A stretch of 64,000 nucleotides of DNA from Amphiscolops sp. MND2022 (Eukaryota). Where the stretch lies: NCBI GenBank assembly GCA_964187785.1, contig OZ076409.1, positions 79,300,001 through 79,364,000 on the forward strand. The letters are read 5' to 3'. The position numbers were made by a program, and so were the translations under genes. Under the pieces are notes generated by a model. That model ran no database searches and was not told the DNA's origin. It worked only from the letters and a program-made list of their open reading frames with translations. Shown piece by piece: positions 11,912 through 24,156 of the stretch. How positions within the stretch are numbered: the stretch's first letter is position 1; each line of letters begins with the position of its first letter.

Positions 11912-13128
11912 TGGTGACAGGAGTTACGAACCCACGACCATCAGGTTCCCGGACAACACCACCCAATGGGACACCACAAAGTAACTCCAGCATTCCGCAG
12001 ATAGCTGATATGATGACAGAAATCCACCATCTCCGCAGCACAATGGGAGAAACATTAACCCAACCCAAAATCCTGCAGACCCAAGTACCCCTATTCAAAG
12101 GAAATCGAGACAAGTACAACGAATTTGAGCATTTATTGCTCAACCACCTACGCCCTCACGCACACAAACTGACTGAGGAACAAAAACTCAATTACTTCCA
12201 GAGTCTGCTCAGAGATGATGCAATCGAGTTTTGGCAGACGCTACCAATAACAACAGAAACAACACTGAGGGACATACTAATGGCATTCAAGAAGGAATAT
12301 GCGAAGGAAGAACTCTCTGAAGTCTCAAAATTCAAATTCGATCAGGTCCGATACGACCCGACTACCGAGTCATTCAGTACCTTCCTTGCAAATTACAAGA
12401 AGATTGCCAAACAAGCATATGGAGACAAGGCACAGGAAATCGTTCAAACCTTCCTGTTCGCCAAACTACCAATTCAGCTTCAAAATGAATTGGCAATCGC
12501 TGGAAAACACAACGCCAGTATCGAGGACATTGAAACGTTCGTTCAGAGGAGATGCCAGTATGCACAGTTGTTACCAAATCAACAACTCCTCCAACCATTC
12601 AACCAAGCTATCCAGACGCAAGAAGTCCCGACCAAGCCAGTTGTCCAGAAACAAAACACAAACGAGCGACCACCTATCAAGAAGAAATTTGATGGCAATT
12701 GCAGATACTGTGCAATTTACGGGCACAAATGGGCCGAGTGCCGCAAACGATTACGAGACGAAGCAGCGGGCAACAACAACTCACAAGCGCAGAAAAAACC
12801 CGAACAACAAAACAACAACCACGCAGAGACACAAACAAAATACAACGCCAAACTGGTCTGCCAAATTTGCGGGTATACAGGCCACTCCGCAAAAGACTGC
12901 CGCTATAGAATCCCCCAAACTTCAGCGTATGGAAGTGTGCCCTACAATAGACAAACCACAACCGAGAATAGGGACTTCCGACGTGACTTCAGAAGAGCAC
13001 AAAACAGCCCCTACCCAACCAATGAAATGAATGAGTTCACACCAGGGGAACAACAACATCAAACCAACGATGACTACTACCCACAGGACTTCACAGAAGC
13101 ACCATCCAGCCAGCCAAAAAACTTCTAG
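11590..13128 (+). CDS. gag: E2 gag; original ATG 11590 in the LTR, nonsense change at 11602-11604; ORF 11644-13128 open
   Basis: The 3' LTR copy reads MVTTRSQ where this copy reads MVTT*. Two CCHC knuckles (CRYCAIYGHKWAEC, CQICGYTGHSAKDC); AAAAAAC at 13116-13122. Confidence 0.9.
11912..11923 (+). other. E2 primer-binding site TGGTGACAGGAG
   Basis: Immediately after the LTR-terminal CA; lies inside the gag ORF. Confidence 0.9.
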
Positions 13129-13320
13129 AGCCACGTCATCCGACAGACTACTACTACAACAAAGTGCGCAACACAAACAACTACTACTATACAAAAAACT
13201 ACAAAACCCGGGCAACAGATCTTCGGCAGGATCAAAAACCCATGACTACAACTACCCACAAAACTACCAATGAAACGACTCATGAAGATGCGATGACTAC
13301 CTCCGAACCGGCAAATGTGA

Positions 13321-16300
13321 ACTTACAAACGACTGAAGACACAGCACTCAAACTCGACCAAGACAACTGACTGTACAAGGAAAACAACAAACCGAAAGAA
13401 GGACGTGGCGATCCAGGTGTTAACAGCAACACTTCAGTTAAACAAAAAGGACAAGATGTTATACGTCCCATTGCAATTCAGAGCATACGAGAACCATGGA
13501 CTCCTCGACACGGGAGCAATAAGAAGTGCCATGTCAGAAGACGAACTCAGACGAATCTTGTCAGCTCATCCAGCAGCACTTCTTGAAGAGTACCCAGCAC
13601 CGGACTTCAAAGTCCAAATTGCCAACGGGAGCATCGTCCCAGTCCGGAAACAGGTATTACTCCGCTTTTTCATCGGTGGTAAAGTATTCGAGGAAACCTT
13701 TATGATTCTACCAACCATGGGCAACATCTTGATCGGAATGTCCTTCTTCAAGAAATACTCAGTGACGCTTGACCTTGCCAATAACGTGGTCAAATTCCCA
13801 GACATTACCCTTCAACTTAAACCAGAAAGAGGCCGATACAAAGTTCAGATGCTCAAACTACGCACATCGCAGAAGATAGTGATACAACCGGATCACCAAA
13901 TCATGGTCCCCGTCATAGCAGAAAAGGACTTCGGGACAATCCAGGGCACTGTAGAAACCTTTCCAGCCTTTGAAAGGAAGACCCAACTACTAGTGTCCCC
14001 TGCTTTAACACAAATCACTGAGATGAAAAGCCATGTCCAGATCACCAACCTCACCAGTCACACAATCACCCTCAACCCGAACACGACAGTGGCCACATTC
14101 AGAATAATGACTCCCAACCAGGCAAAGAACCTACAACCGATGTCAAACGAACAATTGACACTGATCACCAAATACCCAGACGAAGCTGATAATGTATTGA
14201 ACCAGCTGTTCCAGGAGCCCGGCACCGAAACCAACCGCCGATGGTACCCAACACCGGAGACCTGTGATAACCCGTCCAAGTTGAACCGCATTGAAAGGCG
14301 GATATATGACGAAATCACTAAACTCCGTGAGGAAGAGAAACTGTATCCAACAGCAGACGACAAACAACGCAAGGAGTTCCTTGCCAACTTCAAATGGGAA
14401 AACTCAATCCCGAATGAGCACGAACGACAACAGATTGAGAACCTCCTTGTGAAGTATAACAATGTGTTCGCCAGACACCGCCTTGACATAGGCATCAATA
14501 CCGACTTCAAAATTAAACTCACCCCGAAGCACGATGAGCCAGTCTACGCGCAGAGTTTACCCACACCCACAAATCTCAAAGACGACCTACTCATCGAGCT
14601 AGCACTGATGCAAGAGTACGGAATCATCACGACGTTGCCATACAGCAAGTATTCCTCACCAATATTCGCTCAGCGCAAACCTAACGGGAAACTCCGCATA
14701 CTCGTGGACCTGCGCAGAATCAACCACCTCCTGAAAAATGATTACAACCAACATAATCATCCAGTAACCACCATCGCTGATGCCGCCCAGCACATGGCAG
14801 GAAAAAAGTATTTCTGCAAGCTGGACTGTTCGCAGGCGTACCACAGCCTGCAGATGGCGGACGAGCAATCCATACAACTTCTGGCATTTAACTTCGGCAG
14901 CCGCACATTCGCTTATTTACGACTGGCACAGGGACTCAACCGATCCTTGTCAGCATTCAACAGCACAGTACGAGAATACGTTGATGCACTCGTGAAAGCG
15001 GACAAATGCGCGCAATATGTCGATGACATTGGGATTGCTGCCCACACCGTTGATGAACTACTGTCCAACATTGAAGCTGTGTTCCAGCAAATCCAGAAAG
15101 CAGGATTGAAACTATCAATGTCAAAATGTGCGTTTGGCCACCCACAAATTGATTTCCTTGGGAGAAGCATCACATCAAAGGGTGTCGCCCCACTCGAAGA
15201 CAAAATTGATGACTTCCTCAAAAAGATCAAACTACCCACATCAGTCAAATCCCTCCAAAGGTACATCGGGTTTGTCCAATTCTACAGGCAGTACATACCA
15301 CGCCTGGCAGAAAAGCTCACCCCACTGTACAAACTGCTACAGAAAGATGTGAAATTCCAACTGAACCAACAACACAAGGACATCATTTTCGAGATTAACG
15401 AAAACCTTGCCAAAGCTGCGAAACTCTCACTACGCCTACCATTACCCGACAAACAACTTGTTATAATGTGTGACGCCAGTGAGCACGCGGCAGGATATGT
15501 CCTCCTGATAGAAGACTACACCGAAACTAACGACGGACCAATGAAGACGTACGCACCAGTATCATTTGGATCCCAACGATTCACGGAGGGCCAAATGTCA
15601 CTTACAATGTATGCGAAAGAATTCCTGGCGATGCATTTCGCATTCGACGAATTCGCACACATACTCTGGGGTGTCAAGAAACCAACAATTGTAATGACGG
15701 ACAATAAAGCACTGACCCGTTTCTTCCAGTCCAAACGAATTCCCCCGAAGCTATGGAATTACTGCGATCAGACGCTTCAATTCGAATTCGTACTTGCCCA
15801 TGTTCCTGGAACTGAGAATCCTGCTGCAGACTACCTGTCTCGTCTTGACATACGACCAGAGGAGAGAATCCACCTCAAACTCAACGACGAGATACCAGTC
15901 TTTCACGTCGAGATCGATCTGGCGTCACGAACACCGAAGCAGGACGAAGAAGAAGAAGAATACATACCTGATGACCAACAAACCACCACCACCAAACAAA
16001 ATGAAGCCATCAACGCCATACTGGACCAGGTCCCCATGTGCAGTGACGAATCGAGTGGACAGTTTCGTGAGAGGATAGAAACCATCCGTCATCAAATCAC
16101 ACCCATCATCACAGGGCAGCATGACGAGATGACGTTCACCCGATTCAGGCGAAAGCTTCATGACAACGTGGTAAACCAGGTATGCCCCAATGGGGAGTTT
16201 CAAATCATCCAGGATCAACTCGTAAACCTTGACATCCAACGCATGATTAGAAATTTGAATCAAAAGGAAACCCTTCCTAATCATGTGAACTTTGAAAGTC

Positions 16301-17946
16301 AGTTTTTCCAAAAACTAGTCAAAAACAAGAAAAGACTTGAAGTAGTGAACAACGTTTTGTACAGGAACTTTTTCGATGGTACAGGTAAAATTAAGTGTAA
16401 ACAAATTGTCACACCCACTGAAACTATCCAAAAAATCATCCAATCTTTGCACGATGACCCTCTGCAAGGTCACCCTGGTTGTAATAAAATGCTCCACGAG
16501 CTACGTAAAAGGTACTACTCCCCGAACCTCTCTGAACTGGTACTGCAATACGTCTCGAACTGTCAGGACTGCATCCGCTCAAAACCAATCCGAAAAGCTG
16601 CAATCACACCACCACTCCAACAAATATATGACCCTTGTAACGGACCAGAAGACATACTAGAAATTGATTTAGTCGGTGAACTCCCATCCTCCAACGGATT
16701 CACACACATACTCACTGCATGCGACTACTTTTCTAGGTACCTCTTCGCAATACCTATCCGTAAACAGGACACAAAGTCGGTCGTAGAAGCACTTATGCAA
16801 ATTTTTACACAACATTCCTACGTACCCAAGACAATCCTAACTGACAAAGGATCAACGTTCACAGCCCAACTGTTCAACTCCCTGATGGAGTCTGCCGGTA
16901 TAAAAATCGCACACGCATCTGTCAAACACCCGCAAACGGTCGGAATGGTTGAACGTTCTCACCAGAGACTAAAGCAAATCCTTAAAATTAACATCTCAGC
17001 TGATTCACCACAATGGCATAAATACGTCAACATGGCCGTAATGGCCCATAACACAACCTACCACCAGGCTATTCGATGTACACCCACTGAAATTTTCCAC
17101 GGACGTGTTCCATTCAATGCCCTTGACGTCAAATTCGGAAACCCACTAACTGAACAACGCAACACTACCGACGTCACTGGGATACTCGATAACATGAACA
17201 AAAAATTCCAACAAACACATGACAACATAATCGAAGCCTTCCACAAATACAAGAATTACTACGACCGAAAAGCGCAAGCTTCACCTCTGAAAGTAAATGA
17301 CTTCACCTTTCTGCTAAACAAAAGACTGTCTCAACAATCTGACAAAATTCCATTCAAGGAATTTAAGTGGGAAGGCCCATACAAAGTGGTCAAAGTCTTG
17401 TCCAATTCAAATTACATTATACGTAAGATTGGAACTCTTCGCACTCAATGCGTTCACAGAATGAGGCTCCGCCCATTTACACAAAACGCACCAATTGAAG
17501 ACATTCAAGACAATACATCACAATACTTTGAAGATCCCGACGCCCTCAACGAGCAGGAGTTGTTTGACAACCACCTACCCGATCACGTCCATGAACAACC
17601 ACAACAAGCAATACCTGAACAATCGGACTTCGAAGAACTACATGCTGACCATGGAATGATATACTACGAACGACAAAGCATAGAACCCGATCAAAACATT
17701 TCCATACCTGAAAGCCAAGCTGAAACACAAGTACCACAACCAGATACCGTTAGCACGAATAATTCTGAAACAAACAACAATGAATACCAAACAAATGACC
17801 ACCCTCCACCGACATCACGACTAACTATGTCTCCGTACGGACTCAGACACAACCCAAAACCTACCACGTACCCTGACTTCCTGATGCACGAACTACATGG
17901 AACGCCTTCGCTTCAACAGCTGCTTCTGAAAAACAGAAACCTATAA
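13321..17946 (+). CDS. pol: E2 pol: protease-RT-RNase H-integrase
   Basis: LLDTGA, AQYVDD, MCDAS, HHCC, D/TDKGS/ERSH and WEGPY in one open frame. One frame slip (~13321-13370) separates it from the -1 frame after gag. Confidence 0.95.
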   Translation, partial: TYKRLKTQHSNSTKTTDCTRKTTNRKKDVAIQVLTATLQLNKKDKMLYVPLQFRAYENHGLLDTGAIRSAMSEDELRRILSAHPAALLEEYPAPDFKVQIANGSIVPVRKQVLLRFFIGGKVFEETFMILPTMGNILIGMSFFKKYSVTLDLANNVVKFPDITLQLKPERGRYKVQMLKLRTSQKIVIQPDHQIMVPVIAEKDFGTIQGTVETFPAFERKTQLLVSPALTQITEMKSHVQITNLTSHTITLNPNTTVATFRIMTPNQAKNLQPMSNEQLTLITKYPDEADNVLNQLFQEPGTETNRRWYPTPETCDNPSKLNRIERRIYDEITKLREEEKLYPTADDKQRKEFLANFKWENSIPNEHERQQIENLLVKYNNVFARHRLDIGINTDFKIKLTPKHDEPVYAQSLPTPTNLKDDLLIELALMQEYGIITTLPYSKYSSPIFAQRKPNGKLRILVDLRRINHLLKNDYNQHNHPVTTIADAAQHMAGKKYFCKLDCSQAYHSLQMADEQSIQLLAFNFGSRTFAYLRLAQGLNRSLSAFNSTVREYVDALVKADKCAQYVDDIGIAAHTVDELLSNIEAVFQQIQKAGLKLSMSKCAFGHPQIDFLGRSITSKGVAPLEDKIDDFLKKIKLPTSVKSLQRYIGFVQFYRQYIPRLAEKLTPLYKLLQKDVKFQLNQQHKDIIFEINENLAKAAKLSLRLPLPDKQLVIMCDASEHAAGYVLLIEDYTETNDGPMKTYAPVSFGSQRFTEGQMSLTMYAKEFLAMHFAFDEFAHILWGVKKPTIVMTDNKALTRFFQSKRIPPKLWNYCDQTLQFEFVLAHVPGTENPAADYLSRLDIRPEERIHLKLNDEIPVFHVEIDLASRTPKQDEEEEEYIPDDQQTTTTKQNEAINAILDQVPMCSDESSGQFRERIETIRHQITPIITGQHDEMTFTRFRRKLHDNVVNQVCPNGEFQIIQDQLVNLDIQRMIRNLNQKETLPNHVNFESQFFQKLVKNKKRLEVVNNVLYRNFFDGTGKIKCKQIVTPTETIQKIIQSLHDDPLQGHPGCNKMLHELRKRYYSPNLSELVLQYVSNCQDCIRSKPIRKAAITPPLQQIYDPCNGPEDILEIDLVGELPSSNGFTHILTACDYFSRYLFAIPIRKQDTKSVVEALMQIFTQHSYVPKTILTDKGSTFTAQLFNSLMESAGIKIAHASVKHPQTVGMVERSHQRLKQILKINISADSPQWHKYVNMAVMAHNTTYHQAIRCTPTEIFHGRVPFNALDVKFGNPLTEQRNTTDVTGILDNMNKKFQQTHDNIIEAFHKYKNYYDRKAQASPLKVNDFTFLLNKRLSQQSDKIPFKEFKWEGPYKVVKVLSNSNYIIRKIGTLRTQCVHRMRLRPFTQNAPIEDIQDNTSQYFEDPDALNEQELFDNHLPDHVHEQPQQAIPEQSDFEELHADHGMIYYERQSIEPDQNISIPESQAETQVPQPDTVSTNNSETNNNEYQTNDHPPPTSRLTMSPYGLRHNPKPTTYPDFLMHELHGTPSLQQLLLKNRNL

Positions 17947-19847
17947 AAACACACACCCATAATCACACTTATTAAACCAACGACTGCTAACAGCAGTCAT
18001 CAACAGCCTTTTCATCTGACCGTAAAGGTAATTGTTTTACAATTACACCCTAGTACACCAAGCATTCAACAAACAATAGTGAAAATTCTGAACAACCTAG
18101 CAAACACTTCAATTAACATGATTAAACGACCATTCATTTCCGTCGTCGCTGTGTAAACTGTCTAAGTTATCAGCATCAATCACTAGCGGAACAAGCAAAT
18201 AGTAAAGTAACGACTGCACACGCCTATCATTCCAACACTCGCGGTCCGGAAGTACATGTAACGCGCAAAAGTGTGAACGATAATTTATTCAATTCGCACC
18301 AAATTTACTACATCCACAACCGAAACTAAAGCAATTTGCTTAGAAAAATATCAATGCATAACTAACGAAGCGTGAACGAAAACAACGTTCCCTACAAATG
18401 CAACAAACTAACAGTGATGATCTGCTGCCTGGCAAACGTTAGGACAACATAACCAATACTCCACCTATTTCGCTTTAGACGCATAGTCCTGGCTGTGTGG
18501 GTGCGTCGTCAAAAAGCGTGCTTGTGTGGTTGGTCATACATACAGATGAAGGTTGCTCTTTAGCAACTGGATTCAGCGTTAGTTTTGCATAGGTGGTTCC
18601 GACGGGAATTCACCTTTTCCAATGAACTGAACATCTAAACTAAAAACCAATCACTAAAAGCTAACAAAACGCCGGTAAGAACAAGAACTTACCAACTCCT
18701 GAAAGCAATGATCGCCCGGCCCCTTAAACGTAACCCAGGATGCGAAGGCTTCGCCTCATTAGGGAAAAGATTAAGGAGTACGCGGCCCCAAAAGGCTACT
18801 TAACGACGAAACCTAAACATGTCCATCCTTCTCAGCCTAACAACTTGGTACCACTGCAGTTAACATAACGTAAGAACTCGCGATCTCGACGACACACATC
18901 ACGTGTGATGACGTCCCAGGACACACATCAACGATGATGACGTCGCAAACACAGACCGCTGCATGTAATAAATCGAAACACACCAAAATACATGTAAAGT
19001 AGTCCCTAAAACTTATAACACGTAAAACTTACATGCATACCTAATAAGTCATGTATCAAGTCAAGGATCCACCCCTTGGGAATTCAGTCTTTGAAATGAG
19101 CGAGCTGCTCAGTCACGTACCTCGCGGCGCGGTGCTAAGGACCGAAAGCCACAGTCACCCTGTCTTGTTACCATTCTCGAGCATTCACTAACAACGAATA
19201 GGAGGACTTGACTTTCGAGTACCATGCGCAGCACAGCTTGGCGCGTGAACAATTTTTATGTCAGTGGTTACCGCGGTGACCACCATAACCAACATGAACT
19301 TTCCGAAAAAATTCACTTAAGACGACGTAACAAATAGAGCGGAACGCCGCATGAAATTATAGCCAAGGTATGGGTAACCCCATACAAACACCCAAGAACG
19401 ATAGAGGTAATTTAGCATCATGAACATATATATACTCAAAAAACACGAGAAGTAAGAAACCGTTTAAAACAACCCGAGATTTCATGCACTACAGAAAAAC
19501 AAATCGTTCCCAGACTAGATTAGACCAACGAAGAAAAAATGACGAGTACATGCAGTCAATGCGAACACCGCAACATACAAAAAATTCATTTTTTTACCAC
19601 ATACCACATGCAAAACACCATTGTAACACCTTAAATGCTCAGTACTACGGAAAACAAGAAAAGTTCACTATGATGGTAGAAACCACCAGGACCCAATTAC
19701 TGAATGAGCTCAATACTAATAAACAACAGCAAAATTCGGCAAAGTAATAATACAAAAAAAAATCCACTAACAAACGCAATCATCCAAGTGATACACAAAT
19801 AAAATAAATATCAAAAAGTTCAAGAAAATCTGCAAAACAAGTCTGCT

Positions 19848-22800
19848 TCAGTTTGAAAGGTTTCGACTAATACTCTTTTGAGTATGAGGAGCCACCCTCG
19901 TTACTGTCTTCCTCGATTGTAAAGGACCGCCTACCAGTTTCAACTGTCTCGTCACTGAAACTCGCCAAAGTTGCTCTGCCTCTCTTATCGGGACGACCAC
20001 CGGTTCTCTGCCCCGATTCCCTCCTCGTCCTGACGCCCGAACGCTGACGGTTTTCCGCTTCGAGCCAGATGTACTCGGTGTTAACATCGATAAAACAACT
20101 TCAGTTTGTAATCGGGGCACCTGTGTTGCGGAAGACTTCCCTTTAGCCGGACTGCGACGACTGACTACAGGACTAGACTCCATGGAACGCAACTGGTCGC
20201 AAACAGTTGACCGATAATCATCAACGGCAGGCCGCGACGGAAGACCTCCAGTGGATTCGAGGACACCAACACACCGTTCAAAAAGTTCATCCACTCCTCG
20301 TTTCACAAGCTGATCCCACGGGATACCACGAACAGCATCATCTAGACGGGACGACTGCATATCGGTATTGCTGCAATGACGGACAAATCCTATCATCGAA
20401 AGACGAGAATGCCCGCTGAACCCTGTCGCCATCCAACTTCTCACCAAATGTAAACTGGACAACATGATGCCCTTCTCTAACACAGTATTTCCGACATCAT
20501 GGAAATCAACCCGATACACATCATGCAGCATTCCAACGACAAGAACTTCGATAACGTCTCGCAACTCCTTGCACCGGTCCCATGAGGGGTATGACAGCCA
20601 TAGGGACACAGCATCTTCAATAACCGGCGCAGTTGCAACACTTGACTCCCATCGTCGCTTGAAATATCTTGCCACTTCTCGATATTGTTGTACGATCACA
20701 GCCCCATCCTCCTCACTACACAGGTCCCCGAAACTAAGGACAGACAAAGTTCCAACTAGGACGTCAGTTAGACGATCCATGGAGCACGACTGGATGGCAC
20801 ACGGATCCAAAGGCAACAAACTCAGATGTCTCAGCCATCCCTGGTCAAAATCGGCTATGCAAGCTTCACATACAGTGCGAAGGAACTTCTGGACCTCCTT
20901 GTAAAAAAATGGCTTCTGGCGACTGACATCGAAACGAAAGTATTGCCCAAACAAAGCTTGGTAACGATCTTGATCCACAGGAATACTCTCACCAATCCTC
21001 AACTTCAACACTGAGAGCACTTCGAATCCAGGAGGAATTGTCTCTGGGCTGACGACCATCGATAACAAGACACGCAAGAAGGCTGCCAGCTCCCTCTCGA
21101 AACAAAGATTCCGGTCCCTACCAGCGCTACGCAGACGAGGACACTCAGCAACAACTGAAACACAAGAACGGCAATCAGCAAACACGCAAACCAATACCAC
21201 ACAACTACCTAGTACACAAGACGTCAACACCGACTCAATCACAAACTCAACCTAATACATCCTAGCCACAACCAAACAGGGAAATCAAATAAACGACTAA
21301 AACCAACCAGTCTCAGCAAGGAATTCAGGACTGCAAAGCGGGGTCGTGACATGCCATCGTTAAACACCTGAGTCTCCATACTCACGATGTTTGATGTCTC
21401 AGCGGCCGTGTTTGCTCGATGGACTCCGAAGTAAGCCCCCAGATCGTCCCAGCGCTCTACTAGTTCGGTGACCAGTGCGGACAACTCTCGAAATCGGCTG
21501 GCCCCTCCACGCACAAACTAAAACAGAATCACCAGAAAAGTTCAGCGGATGATCAGCACAACGGCAGTCTCTACACTCCTCATTACTCAAGTCATCAAAT
21601 AGCAAAGCAGACGAACACATGCGATCACAACAACCCCCCCCCCACAACAAAAAGAAAGGAAAAGGGCAAAACAACAAAAGCAGAATAAACAAACCTCACG
21701 CAAACAAGGCATGTTGTTAAAAGCTGAGTCCTCAATTACTGCAGACAACCGGAAGCGGAAGTACTCCAGGATGCTGAACGGTTCAAGCCCACTCGACTCC
21801 TCGATGAATTTGCGACGAAACAGATCTATCAACCACTCGCTGTCAAAAGGACGGGTCACAAGTGGCATCGAAGGATGCACCACACTAGCCAGAGCACGCC
21901 CCAAACGCAAGTTGTCGCCCACACTCACTGCGGATAGTCCACGATATGATTCCATGCAGGACAGCAGGGACAACACAACTTTGAGGAGAGAACGCTCCCA
22001 ATCACTGCCGCCAGGAATAACGGCCAACACAACGACTTTGACAGCCAGGCCATCGAAGATGTGGCAGTCCACCCTCCGCATAGCCCCGTCCACACGAACA
22101 TGAAGACCAAAGCGCACTCCTGAGGACAGAAGGTCACCCAGCTTCTCAACGACGAAGGGATACAATCCGTATAGGACGAGACTCTGAAAACAACAAACAA
22201 CGCACGATACGCATTAGCAGTCACGAAACCTCTCAACACACACACAACCAGAAACCATGACATAGACTCAAGCTCTTAATAAAACACACGACACTTATAA
22301 AAAAGTAAACAAAAACAAATGTTACCTGACATTTCGAATAGGACAATGCCCGTTCTGCAAAGACGACCTCGCCACGCATACTGCTCGACCACGACTCCAC
22401 AAAGCGGGTCACACTAGCGAAGTCACGAAGTTCGACGAAGCCGTTGATGAAGCAACATAACCAGAGGTATGCAGCACTTGTTTCAGACAATTGCGGTTTC
22501 GCGCCAGCGGCCTCCTCCTCAATCTCTATGGCGATGCGCTCTTCTACTGTCAGCTTGAATTCCGACTCTAGAACGACGGGAGGCTCCGACATTCTTTCAG
22601 CACGAATTCGCCTGTCCTCTTCTAACGACACTGGCCTGCAGGACTTGTCTAGCAAAGGCCGATTTGACATAATTCGGAAACGCTGTTCGAGGCGAGTGTG
22701 TTCTCTCCCCTTCCAGTGGTCCCACAAATTGTGGAGGCCTCGCCCAGCAATGCTCAGGTCCACGCGACATAGGCGACATCTGGCATAGCCGTCTATGACC

Positions 22801-24156
22801 CGCTTGTTCCTCGGGAAACCAACAAAGGTCCCCACAACGCCTGACACGAAGAATGACGGCTTTAAAGTTTTGATCGCACGTTTCCGTCCTGTAAACACAA
22901 CCACAACCAGCTGAACAAACTGATTTAGAAACCTTAAAACCTTCAAAAAAACACAAAAAACAAAAACCTGTGTTTGTCCTTAACACCCTAGTAGCATATG
23001 TTATTCAATAATTTAACAATTACCACTAAAACCCCCCCACATGATCTTATGAGATTCATTACCAGGTTTTGACGTCGTCGCAACGCCAGAAGCAGAAGAG
23101 GATGGAGCACCCGACGGAACTATCACACTGCGTTCCCCGAATTCCGCGGGCGGCACATCTGAACACACACCAGTCCGGAAGCCCTCCACTCCAGCTATAC
23201 TGCCAGCTACGGATGGTGGACGCGGCAGAACATCATTGACCGGAGGAATGACTGGCGGATGACACAGTTCCTGGATCGCAGCTTTCAATTTGTCAAGGAA
23301 TTCCTCGACGGCGAGGGCACCCACCGTCCCCAACTTGCCGAGACTCGATTCCACAGCTGCCTTCACCCACTGTTGTATGTCATGCTCAACCCGAGTGAAC
23401 AATTCTGTAAACTGACCTGACACAACGTCAGCTCGCACAACAGCATCTGTAAATATAACATACCCGAATAGCTGTGACTACTTAGGATACAACTGACCAC
23501 CGGCGCTCACCGCTTCTGAACACCTGAACTCTGACGGCACCCCACCCCCCTGACAGTGCAATGGTATGGAAACACAATAAGCAATACCCCCTACACAACT
23601 CAGTAGACGAAACAACTTAGAAAACACAGCAGTGAGTACACCTACCGAGATGCGACGACAAGAAGGCATCCAATCGCCGCAGTATTGGAGTCGACTCTAA
23701 ACTCCCTGAGGATCCAGTTGCCACAGACGATCGGAAGTGGCGTAGGTATGCAATCAACTCAGACATGTCGACGTCGACTATAAACAAAAATGAACCAAAT
23801 GGCACAAGAACGTCACAAACCTCCAGATGTGACGGGTTTAGCCCTCATAGATGGCGACCCCACGATGAGACACTTTGGACCTCCCACTTATGAAAAGAAA
23901 AGCTCTGAGATCAAAACTTACCAAATTCCTGGGAAAGCACGACATCCAGCAGGTCACTCAGACCAACAATATTCGCGGACGAAACCCGCGAAGTGAATTG
24001 ACAGCAGTGACTAGTAGCCATCAAGATTTCTGGCAAATCCAGACCACCTCCACTCCCATCTAAAGGAGGATTCGAAGACGCCATTTGCTGCTCCACGACG
24101 GCAACTAGCTCAGACAGGCCAGGTCCAAAAGAAAGCTCTCCCTCATCTTCCGACAT
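19848..24156 (-). CDS. E2 antisense accessory gene, ~1120 aa, 8 predicted exons; BED-like zinc finger plus degenerate hAT transposase body
   Basis: Predicted exons 24156-23922, 23777-23646, 23549-23511, 23446-23063, 22888-22326, 22183-21695, 21517-21304, 21154-19848 (3363 nt, divisible by 3). All introns are GT-AG with matching phases; the donor at 21303 is the weakest. Motifs CRLC..LSIAGRG..LWDHWKGREH, SKCQ|SLVLYGLYP, LVERWDDLGAYF. Confidence 0.78.

Noticed and set aside
19484..19747. 87-aa plus-strand ORF in the E2 spacer
   Set aside because: A-rich low-complexity composition, no homolog in E1 or E5.
19848..24156. env gene in the post-pol position
   Set aside because: Wrong strand, and no signal peptide, furin site or TM anchor in the spliced product. 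The hydrophobic stretches in the raw ORFs are translated introns.
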